Part shown: positions 18,703 through 28,781 of the stretch, one piece after another | Position numbering within the stretch: position 1 is the stretch's first letter | Layout of the letters: every line of letters begins with the position of its first letter | DNA from: an uncultured Alistipes sp. | GTDB lineage: Bacteria > Bacteroidota > Bacteroidia > Bacteroidales > Rikenellaceae | NCBI GenBank assembly: GCA_949285535.1 | Contig: CASDZP010000002.1 | Coordinates: 100,054-164,053, forward strand | Direction of reading: 5' to 3' | Length of the DNA stretch: 64,000 nt | Position numbers and translations under genes: made by a program | Notes under the pieces: model-generated | What the model saw: the letters and a program-made list of their open reading frames with translations, nothing else | What the model was told of the DNA's origin: nothing | Database searches by the model: none

Positions 18703-20264
18703 AAAAATATTGGTACGTATATCTGTTGCCGATGCTGATGCTGTTGCCCGTGTTCGTACTGCGCGACTACACGGTAGATAACGAGCTGAGGTATTTGAGC
18801 ATCGTGGACGAGGCGTTACGCAACGGCTCGTTTTTTGCATTTTATAATCACGGGATGCCATACGCCGACAAACCGCCCCTCTATTTCTGGTTCATGATGT
18901 TGGCAAAATGGCTCACGGGCGAGCATATAATGTGGCTTATAGGTCTGTTGACAATCATTCCTGCGCTCGTGATAATGTATGTGATGAACAAATGGGCATT
19001 CGGCAAGAAAGGCGATGTGACACGGATCGCGCCTCCGATGCTGGCGTTGCTTTGCAGCGTGATGTTCGTCGGGGCAACGGTGGTGATAAGAATGGATATG
19101 ATGATGGTCATGTTCATCGTCCTGTCATTATACAGCTTTTGGAAGCTATATAATGACATTGACGCCAAAAGGGAGCGTTTCCTGCTGCCCGTATGGATAT
19201 TCTTCGCCATATTCAGCAAAGGAGCCGTCGGGATACTGATGCCCGTGGCGGTTATTCTCGTTTTCCTCGCCGTGGAACGCAAATTCAAGAGCGCAGGACG
19301 CTATCTCGGCTGGAGAACATGGTCGATACTGCTCGCACTCTGCGCCGTATGGTTCTCATGCGTATATATCGAAGGGGGAACAACCTACCTTGACAACCTG
19401 CTGTTCAAACAGACTGTCGGACGCGGAGTCAACTCGTTCCACCACAAAGAACCTGTGTGGTATTATCTCAAAACCATCTGGTACTCGGCGGCACCGTGGT
19501 CGCTTTTTGTGGCTGTGATGTTTTTCAAAGCGTTCAGAGAGAAGCTTGTCAAGAGTGACCCGCTGATACGCTTCTTTACGGTGACAACATTGACAACTTT
19601 CGTCGTCATGTCACTCGTAAGCTCAAAGATAGACATCTATCTGTTGCCAATCTATCCTTTCTTCATATACACGGCTTTTCTAGTACTCGACAAAAGCCGT
19701 CCAGACACGCTTACGAAAATATCCGTACTTATACCGTCGGTCGTTTTCGCGCTCGTCTTCCCCGCTCTATTCTTCTGTGAAAGCCTACTGCCCGTCATAC
19801 CCGACAACAAGGTATTGATATACATAGGCGGCGGCGTATTGTCACTCATGGCAATAGGCGGAATAGTGGCGGCGGCGCGCGGTGAGATAAAAACGGCTAT
19901 TGTGGCTGTATCGGCAGGCATGTTGCTATGCGTATTCTCATGCTCGTTCACCATTCCGTCATTCAATCCCTATATAGGGGTGTCGCAACTTGCCGCCACA
20001 GGCGTTGAGAAAGCCGAACATGACGGTATAAACCACTTCGCATACTACAAGTTCAGAGGCGACAACATGGATGTATTCCTCGGAGGCGAACCGACAGGTT
20101 TATTCGACTTTGAAGAGCTCAAATCGCTAGCCGATTCGGGTAAACCGACGATTCTGTTTGTAAGGGAACGTGAACTGAACCGCGAAAAAGAGCTGTCTGA
20201 GTTCCTCGGAACGGAATACACAGCTGTCGGACAATACAGGATATACACGCTAAACGTGCAATAA
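18699..20264 (+). CDS. ArnT-like (PMT_2 / GT83-GT39 fold) polyprenyl-phosphate-sugar dependent glycosyltransferase
   Basis: 521-aa polytopic membrane protein. The N-terminal motif DNELRYLSIVDEAL...YADKPPLYFW resembles the ArnT/PMT signature. It overlaps the previous gene by 4 nt. Confidence 0.8.
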   Translation: MKKYWYVYLLPMLMLLPVFVLRDYTVDNELRYLSIVDEALRNGSFFAFYNHGMPYADKPPLYFWFMMLAKWLTGEHIMWLIGLLTIIPALVIMYVMNKWAFGKKGDVTRIAPPMLALLCSVMFVGATVVIRMDMMMVMFIVLSLYSFWKLYNDIDAKRERFLLPVWIFFAIFSKGAVGILMPVAVILVFLAVERKFKSAGRYLGWRTWSILLALCAVWFSCVYIEGGTTYLDNLLFKQTVGRGVNSFHHKEPVWYYLKTIWYSAAPWSLFVAVMFFKAFREKLVKSDPLIRFFTVTTLTTFVVMSLVSSKIDIYLLPIYPFFIYTAFLVLDKSRPDTLTKISVLIPSVVFALVFPALFFCESLLPVIPDNKVLIYIGGGVLSLMAIGGIVAAARGEIKTAIVAVSAGMLLCVFSCSFTIPSFNPYIGVSQLAATGVEKAEHDGINHFAYYKFRGDNMDVFLGGEPTGLFDFEELKSLADSGKPTILFVRERELNREKELSEFLGTEYTAVGQYRIYTLNVQ

Positions 20265-20315
20265 GCATAAGCAAACCTACAACCCGACGTCTGTCGGGTT
20301 TAAAACATTAAAACC

Positions 20316-21329
20316 ATGAGAATTTTACTCACAGGAGCGGCAGGATTCATCGGCATGCACACAGCCGAGAAACTTGCAGAAAAGGGACATGAGGTTGTCG
20401 GCATCGACAATGTGAACGACTATTACGACACATGGCTCAAGCGCGACCGACTCAAACATCTTGGTCTCAAAGAGGGTGCGGCGGATGACGACGGCTATTC
20501 AATAAGCAGTAAATATCCCAATCTCTCTTTCAAGAAGATGGATATATCAGACAAACAGGCGCTCGAATCGCTCACGGACAGAGGTCGCTTCGATGTCGTC
20601 TGCAACATGGCGGCGCAGGCGGGTGTCAGATACAGCATCGAGAATCCCGAAAGCTACATAAACTCGAATATCGTCGGTTTCTTCAACATACTTGAGTTTT
20701 GCCGTCATCACGATGTCTCTCACCTCGTTTACGCCAGTTCATCGAGTGTATATGGCGCCAACGACAAAGTACCCTACTCTACCGACGACAAGACAGACTC
20801 GCCCGTAAGTCTTTACGCTGCCACCAAAAAGAGCAACGAGCTTATGGCGTACGCCTACTCAAAACTATACGGTTTCAAAGCTACGGGATTGCGTTTCTTC
20901 ACCGTTTACGGTCCGTGGGGACGTCCTGACATGGCGCCGTTTCTCTTTACAGACGCGATAAGTGACGGCAGAGAGATAAAGGTGTTCAACAACGGCGACA
21001 TGATGCGTGACTTTACATATATAGACGACATCGTGAAAGGTCTGTGCGCCGTGATAGAGAGCGTGCCCTCACATGACGAAGCCCTGCATAACGTCTATAA
21101 CATAGGTAACAACACCCCCGTAAAACTGCTCGACTTCATTGCCGAGATAGAAGAGGCGGTCGGACGAAAAGCACGCAAGATATTCCTCCCGATGCAACAG
21201 GGTGACGTACAGAAGACATGGGCTGACATCGAACCTATGCGACAGAAATTCGGCTACTCGCCCGACTTCTCGTTGAAAGAGGGAATCATCAAATTTGTCG
21301 AGTGGTACAGAAGCTATTACGGCAGATAG
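20316..21329 (+). CDS. UDP-glucuronate 4-epimerase (NAD-dependent epimerase/dehydratase family)
   Basis: 337 aa with GAAGFIG, MAAQAGVRYS, YASSSSVYG, SLYAATKK and GLRFFTVYGPWGRPDMA blocks. These closely match the UDP-GlcA 4-epimerase (GAE/Cap1J/LpsL) pattern. Confidence 0.8.
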   Translation: MRILLTGAAGFIGMHTAEKLAEKGHEVVGIDNVNDYYDTWLKRDRLKHLGLKEGAADDDGYSISSKYPNLSFKKMDISDKQALESLTDRGRFDVVCNMAAQAGVRYSIENPESYINSNIVGFFNILEFCRHHDVSHLVYASSSSVYGANDKVPYSTDDKTDSPVSLYAATKKSNELMAYAYSKLYGFKATGLRFFTVYGPWGRPDMAPFLFTDAISDGREIKVFNNGDMMRDFTYIDDIVKGLCAVIESVPSHDEALHNVYNIGNNTPVKLLDFIAEIEEAVGRKARKIFLPMQQGDVQKTWADIEPMRQKFGYSPDFSLKEGIIKFVEWYRSYYGR

Positions 21330-21474
21330 TATTGCCGAAGACAAAAAATATCTACTTCAAACTGCTCAAAAAAAACACTCAAACATACGGAACACGATGG
21401 AGGTGCGACAGACATTCCGTCACCCTGTAAACCGTGCTCCATAAAACAATAAATGGATTAGAAAGAAAGTAGAA

Positions 21475-23106
21475 ATGGAATCTGTTTTCAAACCCAAACT
21501 TTTCACTCTGCTCAAAGAGGGCATCTCCAAAGAGCAGCTTGGGAAAGACGTGATGGCGGGTATCGTCGTCGGCATTGTAGCCCTTCCTCTCGCCATAGCA
21601 TTCGGTGTGGCGTCAGGCGTGTCACCCGAAAAAGGTCTGATAACCGCTATTGTGGCGGGCTTTATCATATCGTTGCTCGGCGGTAGCCGTGTGCAGATAG
21701 GCGGTCCGACAGGCGCGTTCATCATCATCGTCTATGGCATCATCAAAAACAACGGCTATGAAGGTTTGCTGATAGCCACCGTGTTGGCGGGTATATTCCT
21801 TGTCATCTTCGGTCTGCTCAAGCTCGGGGCGTTGCTCAAATACATCCCGCAACCTCTGATTATCGGCTTTACTTCCGCTATCGCGCTGACAATCTTCACC
21901 ACGCAGATAAAAGACGCTCTCGGTCTGACTATCGAGAACATGCCCGACACCTTTATCGGCAAGTGGGGCGCATATTTCACCAACCTCCACACCGTAAATC
22001 CGTGGGCGGTAGGCATAATGATAGCGACCCTGCTGATAGGTATCTTCACACCCAAAGTGATAAAACGCATCCCCGGTTCGTTTGTGGCAATCGTCCTCAT
22101 GACAACGGTAGTAGCTGTCTTCAAGCTCCCCGTAGTTACCATTGAGTCGCTCTACGGCGAGATACCCAGCACCATATCATTCTCCGCTCTCTCGTTCGAC
22201 CTCGGCAACATAGGCGATTACATACAGCCCGCCATTACGATAGCGCTCCTCGGGGCAATCGAGAGTCTCCTCTCCGCAGTAGTCGCCGACGGTATGATCA
22301 GCGGTCACCACCGCTCCAACACCGAGCTGATAGCGCAAGGTATCGCCAACATCGCGACCCCGTTCTTCGGCGGCATACCCGCCACAGGTGCGATAGCCCG
22401 TACCGCTACCAACATAAAGAACGGCGGACGCACCCCTATTGCGGGTCTCGTGCATGCCGTAGTGTTGCTGTTGATTGTCCTCTTCTTCGGTCAATACGCA
22501 AAACTTATCCCCATGAGCGTCCTTGCGGGCATACTTATCCTCGTGGCTTACAACATGAGTGAATGGAGGCTTTTCCGCTCCGTAGTGACTCATTCGAGCA
22601 CTTTCGACCGTATCATACTCCTTGTCACCTTCTTCCTTACTGTTCTTGTTGACCTTACGGTGGCGATAGAGGTAGGTATCGTTCTTGCCGCCCTAATGTT
22701 CATGAAGCGAATGGCAGACCTCGGCACCAATATCGAAGAGAGCAAGGACATGGAGTACATCACCAACTATGGCGACCTTCCGCAGGGTATCGGTGTATAT
22801 GAGATTTCAGGTCCCTTCTTCTTCGGTTCTGCAAAACACTATTGCAACGTCATGCGTGAACTCGGTCTCAAATATAAGGTCATGATTATCCGTATGAGAC
22901 ATGTTCCCTTCATTGACGCGACCGCAATAACCAACCTCTCCGCCATGGTCACCGACCTCGAAAAAGGCAACACGAAGGTTGTACTTTCCGGCGTACGTCC
23001 CGAAGTCCGCAATGTTCTTGAAAAAAGCGACGACAAGGCTATCGGTTCGGTAACCATAACCGACGATTTCACTATCGCCGTATCGACAGCAAAAGAGCTT
23101 CTGTAA
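21475..23106 (+). CDS. SulP family anion transporter with C-terminal STAS domain
   Basis: 543 aa with a polytopic N-terminal domain and a STAS-like C-terminus (…VMIIRMRHVPFIDATAITNL…). Confidence 0.9.
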   Translation: MESVFKPKLFTLLKEGISKEQLGKDVMAGIVVGIVALPLAIAFGVASGVSPEKGLITAIVAGFIISLLGGSRVQIGGPTGAFIIIVYGIIKNNGYEGLLIATVLAGIFLVIFGLLKLGALLKYIPQPLIIGFTSAIALTIFTTQIKDALGLTIENMPDTFIGKWGAYFTNLHTVNPWAVGIMIATLLIGIFTPKVIKRIPGSFVAIVLMTTVVAVFKLPVVTIESLYGEIPSTISFSALSFDLGNIGDYIQPAITIALLGAIESLLSAVVADGMISGHHRSNTELIAQGIANIATPFFGGIPATGAIARTATNIKNGGRTPIAGLVHAVVLLLIVLFFGQYAKLIPMSVLAGILILVAYNMSEWRLFRSVVTHSSTFDRIILLVTFFLTVLVDLTVAIEVGIVLAALMFMKRMADLGTNIEESKDMEYITNYGDLPQGIGVYEISGPFFFGSAKHYCNVMRELGLKYKVMIIRMRHVPFIDATAITNLSAMVTDLEKGNTKVVLSGVRPEVRNVLEKSDDKAIGSVTITDDFTIAVSTAKELL

Positions 23107-23156
23107 GCGAAATAAGGATTACAAGCGAGAATTCAATTACAACGTATAAAAAAATT

Positions 23157-23188
23157 AAAGGTGTCGCTCCGCTTGGAGCGACACCTTT
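23157..23188. terminator. bidirectional terminator between SulP gene and lysA
   Basis: 14-bp stem aaaggtgtcgctcc / gctt / ggagcgacaccttt. A T7 run follows on the minus strand. Confidence 0.75.
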
Positions 23189-23347
23189 AATTTTATATGT
23201 TATCCCGTAAAAACGGTTAGTCAGTCAGAACTATTATTAAGCCAGACAGTTAGTCAGTCAAAACAAGTTATTTCATCAGAACCATTATTTTATTCCATCA
23301 GAACAATTATTCCATAAGGAACAAACCTGTTAGTTTCGGAACAAGTG

Positions 23348-24508
23348 TCAGAAATCGATAAACGAATCTGAATAGACCGACTCAGGCAGAGGACGCAGGT
23401 TGTAGTTTGACGCCATTGCCTGACCGTATGCTCCCGCAGAACGTATCGCAAGATAATCGCCACGTTTCGTTATAGGAAGTTCTATGTCACGGGCAAATAT
23501 GTCACTCGACTCGCATACACCGCCCGCTATACTGTAAACCTCATTGCCATGTTTGTTGGAAAGATTTTCGATACGGTGATAGGCGTCATAGAGAGCGGGA
23601 CGTATAAGCTCGGTCATAGAGGCATCTATGAGAACAAAGTTTTTACCCGAAGCGGTCTTTTTGTTGTATAAGACTTTACTTATCAACGTACCGCACTGAC
23701 AAACTATTGAACGCCCAAGTTCAAAATGGAGTGTCTGACCCTCTTTCAGAGGAAGGTTGTCATGGAATACCTTGAAATAGGTATCAAAATCGGGAATGGG
23801 ATTGGTTTCGGGAGCGATGTAGTCAACACCGAGACCGCCACCGACATTGATGTACGATATCTCTATACCATGTTCGGAGAACCAGGACATTATGGACACC
23901 ACTCGTGAACAGAGGTTCTTGAATACGTCAAGGTTGAGTATCTGCGAACCGATATGGAAATGGAGACCCACTATCGAAATGTTGGGCAGAGCGTCAATCT
24001 TCGCCATTGCCTCCTCTATCTCGGTGTAGGCGATACCGAATTTGCTGTCGGCGTGCCCCGTCGATATGTTTTTGTGCGTCTGGGGATCGACGTCGGGATT
24101 GATACGGAGGGCTACGGTGGCATGGGTATGCATCCTGCCCGCTATCTCGTTTATCACTTCAAGCTCTTCGAGCGACTCGCAGTTGAAGGCGAATATTCCT
24201 TTTTCAAGAGCGTAAATTATTTCGTCGTCACGCTTACCCACACCTGCGAAAACAATCTTTTTGGGGTCAAACCCAGCCTCTACCGAGGCTCTGACCTCTC
24301 CGCCGCTGACACAGTCGGCTCCAAGACCGAAATTCTTGATCTCTTCCAAGATACGCTTGTCGAAGTTGGCTTTGAGAGCGTAGTGAATGTGATAGCCGTA
24401 CCGAGAGGCATTCTTGCAGACCGTCTCAAGGGTACGACGCAAAAGATTTATGTCGTAATAATAGAACGGAGTGGCGTGTTTCTCTATGTTTTTAATGCTT
24501 ATCATCAT
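23348..24508 (-). CDS. lysA: diaminopimelate decarboxylase
   Basis: 386 aa, PLP fold-III decarboxylase with YALKAN lysine motif. It lies directly downstream of aspartokinase. Confidence 0.9.
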   Translation of the reverse strand: MMISIKNIEKHATPFYYYDINLLRRTLETVCKNASRYGYHIHYALKANFDKRILEEIKNFGLGADCVSGGEVRASVEAGFDPKKIVFAGVGKRDDEIIYALEKGIFAFNCESLEELEVINEIAGRMHTHATVALRINPDVDPQTHKNISTGHADSKFGIAYTEIEEAMAKIDALPNISIVGLHFHIGSQILNLDVFKNLCSRVVSIMSWFSEHGIEISYINVGGGLGVDYIAPETNPIPDFDTYFKVFHDNLPLKEGQTLHFELGRSIVCQCGTLISKVLYNKKTASGKNFVLIDASMTELIRPALYDAYHRIENLSNKHGNEVYSIAGGVCESSDIFARDIELPITKRGDYLAIRSAGAYGQAMASNYNLRPLPESVYSDSFIDF

Positions 24509-24579
24509 TTTCCGTGTCGTTTCGTTATAAGATGTTTTCGGTTAAAAGAGGCTTACAATAGAACTTAACTACCGCTGTT

Positions 24580-25902
24580 TTATTGTTTGTCGGCGGTAGT
24601 AAAAAGTTTGGCGTTCAGGCTTCGGAGCGCATCGATTTTATACTCCGAGTCTATCAGCAGAGCGACGCTTCTGTTGCTGGCACCGTAAGAGACCATCTTG
24701 ACGGGAATATTGTCTATCGAGCCGAGAATGTCGGACACGAGTCCGGGATGTTCTGCGGCAAGGTCGCCTACCACGCAAATGATTGAGTTACCGCTCTGAT
24801 AAGAGACGTTACCGAATGACGAAAGCTCCTCTATTATGCTTTTTACATGAGTGTCGTCGTCTATCGTGAGAGATACCGCCACCTGCGATGTGGTAATCAT
24901 GTCTATCGGGGTACGGTATTTCTCGAACACCTCGAACACACGGCGAAGGAAACCGTATGCCATAAGCATGTTTGCGGAACATATCCTCACCACCGTGATG
25001 TTGTCTTTTGCCGCCACGGCGAGATACTTGCGCGAGTCGTCGCTGTGTGATGTTATGGTCGTACCCTCCGCATGAGGTTCGAGGGTATTTTTCAGTTTAA
25101 CGGGTATGTCAAGCTCTTTACACGGCTGTATGGTTGACGGGTGAAGAATCTTGGCGCCGAAATATGCCAACTCGGCGGCGTCAGTGAAGCTCATGCGGCG
25201 AATGGGATATGTACCCTCCACATATCGGGGGTCATTGTTGTGCATACCGTCTATGTCGGTCCATATCTGCACCTCCGACGCGCCTGTGGCGGCACCTATG
25301 AGTGCGGCTGAATAGTCGCTGCCGCCTCTGCCCAGATTACTTAGCTCACCGTTGTGGTCACGGCAGATGAAACCCTGCGTAACGAAAAATACGTCGTCAC
25401 CGTAACCTGCGGTAACCTTTTTAAGAGCTTCGGCGAGATGTGCCGTATCGACTTTTCCACTCTCGGTGGTGCGCATCGCCTCTGTTATGTCAACCAAAAC
25501 CACCTGCTTGCCGCACTGACGTACATACATCGAAAATATGGCAGAGGTAAGAAGTTCGCCCTGCGCCACTATCGCTTTCTGCGTCGATACGCCCGAATAA
25601 GAGGCGGCGAGGTCACGTATGAGGGCGAAGCATTTTTCCGCTCGTTCGAGCGCCTCGCTCTTGTCGTCAAGCAAAGAGTTGATGCAGTTATTGTATTTCT
25701 CTTCGAGCATCTCTATCTTGTCGGCGAGGAGTCCTTTTCCTTCAGCCAGAGCGTTGTTTATGGCAACCAGCGCATCCGTTGTGCCCGACATTGCCGAAAG
25801 TACGGTGAATCTTGCGCCCTGTTCGAATATTATGGACGCCACTTTCTTCATGTTCTCGGCAGAGCCTACCGAGGTTCCACCGAATTTCAATACCTTGTTC
25901 AC
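24580..25902 (-). CDS. lysC: aspartate kinase
   Basis: 440 aa. N-terminus NKVLKFGGTSVG with C-terminal ACT repeats. The start codon at 25902 is GTG and there is no nearby in-frame ATG. Confidence 0.9.
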   Translation of the reverse strand: MNKVLKFGGTSVGSAENMKKVASIIFEQGARFTVLSAMSGTTDALVAINNALAEGKGLLADKIEMLEEKYNNCINSLLDDKSEALERAEKCFALIRDLAASYSGVSTQKAIVAQGELLTSAIFSMYVRQCGKQVVLVDITEAMRTTESGKVDTAHLAEALKKVTAGYGDDVFFVTQGFICRDHNGELSNLGRGGSDYSAALIGAATGASEVQIWTDIDGMHNNDPRYVEGTYPIRRMSFTDAAELAYFGAKILHPSTIQPCKELDIPVKLKNTLEPHAEGTTITSHSDDSRKYLAVAAKDNITVVRICSANMLMAYGFLRRVFEVFEKYRTPIDMITTSQVAVSLTIDDDTHVKSIIEELSSFGNVSYQSGNSIICVVGDLAAEHPGLVSDILGSIDNIPVKMVSYGASNRSVALLIDSEYKIDALRSLNAKLFTTADKQ

Positions 25903-26125
25903 GATTTCGATGTTAAATTTTTATCAAAAGAGAGAGGGTAAAGTTTAAAATCTCTCCATTTTGTTGTATTTTATTATTTTTTTTTGTTTTTTTGTAACAT
26001 GAGACAGAGTGGAGACAACCTCTCCAATCCTGTTTCGTGTGCAAAAGTACATAAAAGAAGTTAATGCCGGAATAAATTGCACTAATTTGTTCAATTTTAC
26101 AACATTTTGTTAAATTTCAAACAAT

Positions 26126-26806
26126 ATGGCGGTAACAACCATTCCCGCAGCCGTTGAGCTCGTAATAAAAAACAAGCCTTTTTTGGAGAGCGCGCTAATT
26201 GAAGGTATCGTTAACCTGTCGGCGCTTTCACGCAAGATAAAAGGCGAGATTGAAGCAGAGTTGGGCAGAGAGGTTAACGACGGTGCCATTATAATGGCGC
26301 TCAACAGGCTTGTGCCCCGACTTGAGCTCATTTCCAAAATGAAATTGCAGAAAGTGGTCGAGAACATCGGCGACATCGTGGTGCGCTCCGACCTTGCCGA
26401 CTATTCATACATAAACTCCAAATCGCTCTTCACAAAACAGATGCAACTGCTTGAAAAGGTGAGTGAAATGGGAGGCGATGTATTCTGCACATTCTCACAG
26501 GGGGTCAGCGAAACGACTATCGTGGTCAACACCGCTCTCTGCGAAATGGTTGAAGAGATTTTCGCGAGCGAACTGATGGTTGCCAAGACGGTAGATTTGT
26601 CGTCAATAACGGTCAAGCTGCCCGCCGAGAACAGCATATATCCCGGTGTATATTACTATATATTCAAGGAATTGGCGTGGGATAACATCAACATCACGGA
26701 GATTATCAGTACTACAAACGAGTTTACGGTGCTGGTCGCTTCGCAGGACATACACCAGGCCTTTTCAATATTGATGGAGTCGAAAAAGAAATTTTCAAAC
26801 CAATAA
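26126..26806 (+). CDS. ACT-domain-like small-molecule-binding protein (uncharacterised)
   Basis: 226-aa ORF divergent from lysC. I assign it by recollection of Bacteroidales proteins of this size annotated as ACT domain-containing. Not verified. Confidence 0.5.
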   Translation: MAVTTIPAAVELVIKNKPFLESALIEGIVNLSALSRKIKGEIEAELGREVNDGAIIMALNRLVPRLELISKMKLQKVVENIGDIVVRSDLADYSYINSKSLFTKQMQLLEKVSEMGGDVFCTFSQGVSETTIVVNTALCEMVEEIFASELMVAKTVDLSSITVKLPAENSIYPGVYYYIFKELAWDNINITEIISTTNEFTVLVASQDIHQAFSILMESKKKFSNQ

Positions 26807-26908
26807 TAAAAACATTCTTTTGTGCGATAAATGCGGCACAAAAGAGAATCGCTATTGCACAATAGTAATAAAATCGTAACTTTGCGAATAAATATCATAC
26901 TTTAAACT

Positions 26909-27196
26909 ATGGCAAGTATAAGAAGAACAAAAAAAGAGATTGACGCACTGGTTGGTGAAGTAATCTCAGACGCCTACACATGCTTGGTAAGCAACGACAA
27001 CGAGAAAAGCGACGAGATATTCGACATAATCGAGACTGCGATAGAATTGCGCAACAATCTTTTCGACCGTGTCAACAATCCCGCCGAAAAACATAATGCG
27101 AAACTGGTAAAAAAACACTACACCGCAATCAGAAGCGAGATGTTCACTTCGATAGACAAACTTTTCTCTCGTCTCTCTGCGGCGTTGAAAGCCTAA
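26909..27196 (+). CDS. hypothetical small helical protein
   Basis: 95-aa ATG ORF followed by an intrinsic terminator. Confidence 0.5.
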   Translation: MASIRRTKKEIDALVGEVISDAYTCLVSNDNEKSDEIFDIIETAIELRNNLFDRVNNPAEKHNAKLVKKHYTAIRSEMFTSIDKLFSRLSAALKA

Positions 27197-27213
27197 GTGA
27201 CACATTAGGGAAT

Positions 27214-27256
27214 AAAAAATATCCGTCCAAGGTATTTGCCTGACGGATATTTTTTT
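27214..27256 (+). terminator. intrinsic terminator
   Basis: aaaaatatccgtc ... gacggatattttt, followed by a T-run. Confidence 0.75.
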
Positions 27257-27309
27257 ACGTTACGCCCCAAAGGGTCTCGAAAAGCTACAAACTCAACAAA
27301 ACAAACAAT

Positions 27310-28707
27310 ATGAAAAACGTAAAATTCATTGCACTTGCCGCACTCGGTATCTTTGTTGCGGCAACGTTCACCGGATGCGGTTCTTCATCGAACGACAAGT
27401 CGGTGAAAGTAATCGAACTGCCCGTTCCCGAACGTCCCGCAGGACAGACTGACGTGGTAGGTCTCGCGCTTCCTCCCATGGACACTGTACGTGTGGGCTT
27501 CATCGGCCTTGGCATGCGTGGTCCGGGCGCGGTAGAGCGTTTCACTCATCTCGACGGTGTGAAAATCGTGGCTCTCTGCGACATACGCCCCGACCGTGTC
27601 GAATATTCGACCAAGATTGTGACAGACGCGGGTCTTCCCGCTCCCGTAGGTTACAGCGGTGACTCAACCGTATGGAAACAGCTCTGCGAAAGAGACGACA
27701 TCGACCTCGTGTATGTCTGCACCGACTGGAAAAATCATGTTCCGATGGCTGTCTATGCCATGGAACACGGCAAAAACGTTGCGATAGAGGTGCCCGCCAC
27801 CACTTCGCTCGACGAATGCTGGCAGATGGTCAACACTGCGGAGAAAACACGCAAACACTGCATGATGCTCGAAAACTGCTGCTATGACTTCTTCGAAATG
27901 GCTACCCTCAACATGGCACAGCATGGCCTTCTCGGAGAGATTGTACACGCAGAGGGCGCATACATCCACGACCTCCGCTTCCTCAACTTCGACGAGACAC
28001 CCGGCGGATACTATGACATGTGGCGTCTCAAACACAACACCGTACACAACGGTAACCCCTACCCCACTCATGGTCTCGGCCCCGTTGCTCAGGCGCTCAA
28101 CATCAACCGCGGTGACAAATTCGACTATATAGTCTCTATGTCTTCAGACCAGTACGGTATGACCGAATACGCGAAGAACAAAAAAGGCGCTGACTCTCCC
28201 GAAGCCAAGACCGATTACGCTCTCGGCGACATGAACGTGACAATGATTCGCACCGACAACGGTAAGACAATCATGATACAGCACGACGTGACAAGCCCCC
28301 GTCCCTATGACCGCAAACACGCTCTCTCTGGAACAAAAGGCTTTGTTCAGAAATACCCTGTCGAAGGTATCGCACTCGAACCCAACGCGCACAGCTTCCT
28401 CAAAAAGGAACAGCACGACTCTATCATGGCTCTCTACGCTCACCCGATTGTAAAAGAGGTCGGCGAGAAAGCCAAACAGGTCGGCGGCCACGGCGGTATG
28501 GACTTCATCATGGACTACCGTCTCATCTACTGCCTGCGCAACGGTCTGCCCCTCGACATGAACGTATATGACGCGGCAGCTTGGTCAGCGATAGCTCCCC
28601 TTTCAGAAATATCTGTTGAAAACAACAGCGCACCCGTGAAAGTTCCCGACTTCACACGCGGCGCATGGAAGAAAGAAAACGGCTTCAAACACGCCATGGC
28701 AAAATAA
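27310..28707 (+). CDS. Gfo/Idh/MocA-fold lipoprotein, GH109-like (alpha-N-acetylgalactosaminidase family)
   Basis: 465 aa with a lipoprotein signal (FTGCGSS), the Rossmann motif VGFIGLGMRG, and the length and layout typical of GH109. Confidence 0.75.
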   Translation: MKNVKFIALAALGIFVAATFTGCGSSSNDKSVKVIELPVPERPAGQTDVVGLALPPMDTVRVGFIGLGMRGPGAVERFTHLDGVKIVALCDIRPDRVEYSTKIVTDAGLPAPVGYSGDSTVWKQLCERDDIDLVYVCTDWKNHVPMAVYAMEHGKNVAIEVPATTSLDECWQMVNTAEKTRKHCMMLENCCYDFFEMATLNMAQHGLLGEIVHAEGAYIHDLRFLNFDETPGGYYDMWRLKHNTVHNGNPYPTHGLGPVAQALNINRGDKFDYIVSMSSDQYGMTEYAKNKKGADSPEAKTDYALGDMNVTMIRTDNGKTIMIQHDVTSPRPYDRKHALSGTKGFVQKYPVEGIALEPNAHSFLKKEQHDSIMALYAHPIVKEVGEKAKQVGGHGGMDFIMDYRLIYCLRNGLPLDMNVYDAAAWSAIAPLSEISVENNSAPVKVPDFTRGAWKKENGFKHAMAK

Positions 28708-28727
28708 GTCTTGCCGAGCATGACAAT

Positions 28728-28762
28728 AAAAAAGGAGGTTCGATTACCGAGCCTCCTTTTTT
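28728..28762. terminator. bidirectional terminator between GH109-like gene and miaA
   Basis: aggaggttcg / attac / cgagcctcct, flanked by A- and T-runs. Confidence 0.7.
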
Positions 28763-28781
28763 ATGTCCTTTTTTATGTCCG

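Noticed and set aside
25903-26125. Lysine riboswitch (L-box) expected upstream of lysC.
   Set aside because: The minus-strand leader is AT-rich with long homopolymer runs (T9 G T7 on the plus strand). It has only short ggaga/tctcc hairpins and none of the conserved L-box helices or motifs I can recall. A covariance-model scan would be needed to be certain.
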